Of a stretch of DNA of 64,000 bases, positions 59,772 to 64,000 are shown piece by piece. How positions within the stretch are numbered: position 1 is the first letter of the stretch; each line of letters starts with the position of its first letter. The notes under the pieces were generated by a model, which was given only the letters and a program-made list of their open reading frames with translations, was not told the DNA's origin and searched no databases. The stretch comes from an uncultured Bacteroidota bacterium. Its GTDB lineage: Bacteria; Bacteroidota; Ignavibacteria; UBA10030; UBA8401. Location: the NCBI GenBank assembly GCA_963772165.1, contig CAVYWA010000010.1, positions 45,496-109,495 on the forward strand, read 5' to 3'. The translations under genes and the position numbers were made by a program.

Positions 59772-61562
59772 CTAATCATCGTCGGCAGTGACGTTTGCGA
59801 CCTCTTCGACGGTCGTAATCCCCCTCTTGAGAAGCTCGAGGGCGTTCACTCGCAGAGTGCGCATTCCGTTTTTCAACGCAGCTTGCCGAACCGCCTCTTC
59901 GTTAACGGATGCGCCGGCGTCAAGAATCAACTGGCGAATTTCTTTCGTGAAGTACAGCGCCTCGTGGATTGCAGTACGTCCCTTGTAGCCTTTGATGCAT
60001 TCGCTGCAGCCGATTGGTTGATAAAAAGTCGTGGAGCGGATTTCTTCTTCGCTCATGCCCAGCTTCCGCAGCAGCGGGGCGTCCGGTTCGCTGATCGGGC
60101 TTTTGCACCGTTCACACAATTTCCGGATCAACCTCTGGGCGACGATGATGTTGATGCTGTACGCGATGAGGAACGGCTCGATGCCCATTTTATACAGCCT
60201 GGAAACCGCACTCGGCGCATCGTTCGTATGAAGCGTCGACAGCGTGAGATGTCCGGTGTTCGCGAGCTTCACTGCAATCTCGGCGGTCAGTTTATCGCGA
60301 ATCTCGCCCACCATCACAATGTCGGGGTCGTGACGAAGGATGGCGCGAAGCGCTCCTTCGAAATCGAGCTTTGAATTCAGCTTCACTTGCCGCGCGCCGT
60401 CGATAAAGTACTCGACCGGGTCTTCCACGGTGATGATGTTGAGCGACGAGTCCATCACTGTGCGGAGCGCTGCGACCAGTGTCGTGCTCTTTCCACTCCC
60501 CGTCGGGCCGGTGATGATGATGATCCCGAACGGCTTCGCAATGGCTTTGCGCATCACGCTTTCGCTGTACGGGTCGAACCCGAGGTCCTCGATGCTGCCG
60601 CCGATCACGGGTTCCATCAACACGCGGATGACGATCGATTCAAATTTATTCTTCAGCTCTTTTCCGATCAGGGGGATAACGGAAACGCGGAAGCGGACGG
60701 TCCTTTTATCGATGGTCAATTGTGCAAAACCGTCCTGGGCCATGTTGCGCTCGAACCGGTCCAGGTTCTTGGCTCTGTCTTTGACCACGGCCGATACCGC
60801 TTCGGCACGGGTCTCATTATTCGTGTACCACCGCGACAGCTTCCCGTCAACACGGAAGTGAAATTCCGTAATCTTGTCCCCGCGGGGGATCACGTGAATA
60901 TCGCTCGCGCCGACCCGGACGGCATCGACAAAAATGCTTTCGACAAGGTCGACCAGTCCGCTCTTGCTGATTTCCTCTTCGAGCGCTTGTTCGTAATTCT
61001 CGGAGTCTTCTTCCCCTTCGTCAACAAAGGATTCCCCTCGCAGCATCGATTCCTTGTCTTTGTAGACCGCTTTGTCGAGGCTTACTCTTTTCCATAAGGC
61101 GGTCCACTGGCTCAGCGGAACATAACAAATTTCAAATTTTTGGTAATGGAATGTCCGCGCAATTTTGTAAACTTCGGGCTTGGTCGGATCGGGTGTTATC
61201 ACGAGCAGCCTTCCCGGCCGTTCGGGATCGATCGAATACGGCAGAACATTATTTTCCTGCACCATCTCGCGAATCGACTCGGGGAGCGAAGTCAGTTCTT
61301 TTCGGATGAATCCAAGAACGCCGTCGTCGATCGTCTCCATAGAAATATCGAGGGTGCGGAAGGCGTAGTAATCGGCGACTTCACGGTACACAAGGTCCCG
61401 ATCCATTTTGAACTGGTCGACAAGAATCTGCGGCAATTTGCGGCGGCCTTTATTTTCTTCTTTGTTGAGGACCTCAAGAGCGCGTTCAAGCACATCCGGC
61501 TGGATGATGCCCTTGTCGATAAGGATATCGCCGAGTTCTTTTTTTGCACTGCGTGTTTGCAT
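59772..61562 (-). CDS. PilB/GspE-family secretion ATPase
   Basis: N-terminal GspE_N domain, Walker A GPTGSGKST, Asp box, His box, tetracysteine CxxC...CxxC motif; 596 aa. Confidence 0.9.
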   Translation of the reverse strand: MQTRSAKKELGDILIDKGIIQPDVLERALEVLNKEENKGRRKLPQILVDQFKMDRDLVYREVADYYAFRTLDISMETIDDGVLGFIRKELTSLPESIREMVQENNVLPYSIDPERPGRLLVITPDPTKPEVYKIARTFHYQKFEICYVPLSQWTALWKRVSLDKAVYKDKESMLRGESFVDEGEEDSENYEQALEEEISKSGLVDLVESIFVDAVRVGASDIHVIPRGDKITEFHFRVDGKLSRWYTNNETRAEAVSAVVKDRAKNLDRFERNMAQDGFAQLTIDKRTVRFRVSVIPLIGKELKNKFESIVIRVLMEPVIGGSIEDLGFDPYSESVMRKAIAKPFGIIIITGPTGSGKSTTLVAALRTVMDSSLNIITVEDPVEYFIDGARQVKLNSKLDFEGALRAILRHDPDIVMVGEIRDKLTAEIAVKLANTGHLTLSTLHTNDAPSAVSRLYKMGIEPFLIAYSINIIVAQRLIRKLCERCKSPISEPDAPLLRKLGMSEEEIRSTTFYQPIGCSECIKGYKGRTAIHEALYFTKEIRQLILDAGASVNEEAVRQAALKNGMRTLRVNALELLKRGITTVEEVANVTADDD

Positions 61563-61621
61563 TGTGCGGCCTGTTTACACCATTGACTGTGAAGATACCG
61601 TATCCATACCAAACCGGCTGC

Positions 61622-62974
61622 CTACATCGACCTGATATTCATCGACGCCGTCTCCGAGGAGAGAAGGGTCAGAAAAATCATTGCGACCATAATGATGACG
61701 GAGATAAAGACTTCAATAAAATTTATCAGGTTCTTCATCGCATAATGATTTTCCATCTGATAAAAATCCGCCAGCTGGTTTGCCGTATCTTTTACTGCGC
61801 CGGTCTCTGCGGCGGTTTTGAACCGGGAGATGAACATTTCAGGAAAAAAGTTCACCGCTTCGAGGGCTTTTGCCAATTCCGTCCCGTACTTCAGCATCGT
61901 CGGAATCGCAACGGTCTTGATCTGGAGCGAAAGGTATCGATTACCGCTTGATTCGCCCGCAAGCTGAATCGCCTCGATGTTTTCGCCGGCCGATGCGTAC
62001 ATGATCCCGAGCACGCGGCAAAAAATTTCCGTGCTCGTGTTCCGAAGGATGTTGCCGACGTACGGGATTTTGACAATATACTTGTGCATTTGGAGGCGGC
62101 CTTTCGGAGAGATGATGTACGCGTAAAAACCGCCTATGATAAGCACGAACAGGATGATGATCATCGCGAGGTTGCCTTGAAGCGCATCGCTAAAACCCAA
62201 AGTGAATTTCGTCAGCGGCGGCACCTCGTCAATGAGCGGCCCCATAAGCTTCATCATTTTCGGGAGCAGGAATAAAACATAGAATGCAATTGCCCCGACA
62301 AGAGTGAGCGATGTTACCGCGGGTAAAATCAACGCGCTCGTCAACCCTTTCTTGAACTCCGCCTGCCGCTCGACAAGTGCAGCAACGCTCTTGAAAATCG
62401 TCGTCATGTCTCCGCTCTTTGAAGCGATGCCGAGCATGAGAGCGGTGTGCTCTCCGAAAACCTTCCCCTGCTTCATAAAAGCCTCGCGCGAATCCATGCC
62501 GTTTTTCAAGTCAAGAATGATGTCGCGCAGCGCCACTTTCATATTCTTATCCTTGACGCTGTTCACCATCACCTGCAGGACTTCGGTGTACGGGAGTTTC
62601 TGCTCCAGCAGCCGCGCGCTTGTCCCGACAAACGATACGATCTCATTCGATGCTGCTTTAAAACGAATATCGTAGTGCCGGCGCACCCATCGCACGTCGA
62701 ACCCAATGCGCTCCAGCGCCGCGACGACTTCCTGGCGGGTGTATGCGCTCTGAAATCCGTCGATGGTTTTTGCCCCATGGCGTACGCGGTAAGCAAAATT
62801 CTTTTTCCTCCGAACCGATACAACAATCGTATCGCGAAAACGAGGATGAAGTTTTGCCCTTCGTTTTGCGTCGGAGGATGAGCTTGCAGAGATGAAGCCC
62901 TGAACGGGTTTTCCGGAAGCTTCTTTTGCTACAATTTGATATGAAGTTGTTTCTGCCAATCTCTTCTCAGCCAA
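61622..62974 (-). CDS. PilC/GspF-family inner-membrane platform protein
   Basis: two GspF repeats with 3 TMs; 450 aa. Confidence 0.8.
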   Translation of the reverse strand: MAEKRLAETTSYQIVAKEASGKPVQGFISASSSSDAKRRAKLHPRFRDTIVVSVRRKKNFAYRVRHGAKTIDGFQSAYTRQEVVAALERIGFDVRWVRRHYDIRFKAASNEIVSFVGTSARLLEQKLPYTEVLQVMVNSVKDKNMKVALRDIILDLKNGMDSREAFMKQGKVFGEHTALMLGIASKSGDMTTIFKSVAALVERQAEFKKGLTSALILPAVTSLTLVGAIAFYVLFLLPKMMKLMGPLIDEVPPLTKFTLGFSDALQGNLAMIIILFVLIIGGFYAYIISPKGRLQMHKYIVKIPYVGNILRNTSTEIFCRVLGIMYASAGENIEAIQLAGESSGNRYLSLQIKTVAIPTMLKYGTELAKALEAVNFFPEMFISRFKTAAETGAVKDTANQLADFYQMENHYAMKNLINFIEVFISVIIMVAMIFLTLLSSETASMNIRSM

Positions 62975-63161
62975 TAATCACAGACGTCTTCTTCCCGGCA
63001 CAGCCGGACGGCGCTGGTACGAGCAGAAGAAAGCGCATCGCTAAAAGCACTTTCATGAATGGGAATAGGGTTTTACTGAAGTTTGTGTAAAAATACGTAA
63101 ACAATCAAGTCTCCACTATCGGGGCGAATACGGATATTCATTGTCGGGTAATGTACGGATA

Positions 63162-63821
63162 TTAATCCAGCTTGACAATTCCCTTCGTCAAAGCGTACCG
63201 GGTCAGGCCGGCCACGGTGTGGATGTTCAACTTGCGGATGATTCGTTCCCGGTGCGTTTCAACGGTACGAACGCTCACAAACAACCGGCCGGCAATTTCT
63301 TTGTTGCCCAGTCCTTCGGCGATCAACGCAAGAACTTCCGATTCACGGTGCGATAGCTCGACACTCCCCTTTTTCCCTTTCGTCCTGGAATTCCTTATGT
63401 AGTCGTTCATCACCGCCTGGGAAATCTTCGGGCTGAAGTATGTCTCCCCGCGGTGCACAGCCTCGATGGCCGCGATCAATGCTGACGGTGAAGAGTCCTT
63501 AAGCACGTAGCCCTGTACTCCGGTAGAAATCATCCTGCTGACGTACTCTTTGGTATCGTGCATCGTGAGAATAAGTATTTTACTTTTGGGGACTGTCTTT
63601 TTGAGCAGCCGCGCAGTTTCCAGGCCGTTCATACCGGGCATGTTGATATCCAGAAGGATGATGTGCGGATGGAGTTCCATCGCAAGCCGGAGCGCCTCCT
63701 GGCCGTCGACCGCCTCGCCGACAATTTCAAACGCTTTTTCCTGAGCGAAGTACGATCGGAGGCCTTCCCTCACAAGCGGGTGATCGTCCACAAGCAGCAA
63801 TGTTATTTTCGATTTTTTCAT
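63162..63821 (-). CDS. NarL/FixJ-family response regulator (REC + LuxR HTH)
   Basis: ITLLLVDDHPLVREG...DINMPG...LSHRESEVLALIAEGLGNKEIAGRLFVSVRTVETHR; start taken at MKKSKITLLL, 25 nt after upstream kinase stop. Confidence 0.85.
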   Translation of the reverse strand: MKKSKITLLLVDDHPLVREGLRSYFAQEKAFEIVGEAVDGQEALRLAMELHPHIILLDINMPGMNGLETARLLKKTVPKSKILILTMHDTKEYVSRMISTGVQGYVLKDSSPSALIAAIEAVHRGETYFSPKISQAVMNDYIRNSRTKGKKGSVELSHRESEVLALIAEGLGNKEIAGRLFVSVRTVETHRERIIRKLNIHTVAGLTRYALTKGIVKLD

Positions 63822-63846
63822 GCGTTCTGTTCCTTCACTGTCCGAT

Positions 63847-64000
63847 TCAAAGGGGTAACTGCACGCTGATTTCCATCCCTCCTTTTGGAGAGGAATGAAC
63901 TGAAACCGTTCCGCCGACATAGGCTGCCCGTTCCTTCATATTCAACAAACCCATGCCGGAATTTTTGGAAGGATGTGCCGTAAGATCCTGCTGGTCGGAG
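63847..64000 (-). CDS. sensor histidine kinase, 3'-terminal HATPase fragment (5' end outside window)
   Basis: reverse strand reads ...GLLNMKERAAYVGGTVSVHSSPKGGMEISVQLPL* (G2 box); partnered with the RR. Confidence 0.6.
   Translation of the reverse strand, partial: SDQQDLTAHPSKNSGMGLLNMKERAAYVGGTVSVHSSPKGGMEISVQLPL

Overview
This 64-kb window reads as a chromosomal segment from an FCB-group bacterium (Bacteroidota / Ignavibacteriota / Chlorobiota-like). The placement rests on three things seen in the sequence: a complete moxR-DUF58-batABCDE aerotolerance operon, a TAnnTTTG-type -7 promoter box, and the gene content. Genes are densely packed. Core genes: obg, ruvB, mpg-like glycosylase, transketolase, glycogen phosphorylase, ferritin, 5'-nucleotidase, an ENPP-like phosphodiesterase, RNB ribonuclease, M3 oligoendopeptidase, GH2 beta-galactosidase. 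There is also a TolC-MFP-RND-RND (MdtABC-like) efflux operon and a PilB/PilC-type pilus/T2SS-like cluster. Three NarL/LuxR response regulators are present, two in tandem with no kinase and one with a partial histidine kinase at the window edge. One tRNA-Val(CAC) is present. The accessory content is concentrated in a few spots. (i) A ~3.2-kb islet (47.2-50.4 kb) between the efflux operon and the beta-galactosidase promoter carries repeat-element copies, a YciI-like gene, an IS1-like transposase remnant, and a tightly overlapping three-gene module that I read as a tripartite toxin-antitoxin-chaperone (TAC) system: Gp49/HigB-like toxin, XRE/HigA-like antitoxin with a C-terminal extension, and a SecB-like chaperone. 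(ii) An IS200/IS605-like Y1 (HUH) transposase is bounded by two identical 31-bp perfect palindromes. (iii) A family of ~130-150-bp hairpin-rich MITE/REP-like intergenic elements (TIR gtcattgcgag / ctcgcaatgac) occurs in at least four places. (iv) A four-helix-bundle '23S rRNA IVS protein' gene is wedged between two housekeeping genes and bracketed by 25-bp inverted repeats. (v) A DUF559 endonuclease-like pseudogene (in-frame TGA) is flanked by GC-rich direct repeats. Several genes (both RND pumps, an Omp85-like OMP, a P-loop protein) are interrupted by single-base indels in homopolymers. That pattern suggests assembly errors as much as genuine pseudogenisation. All functional calls are from by-eye motif recognition. 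No database search was run.
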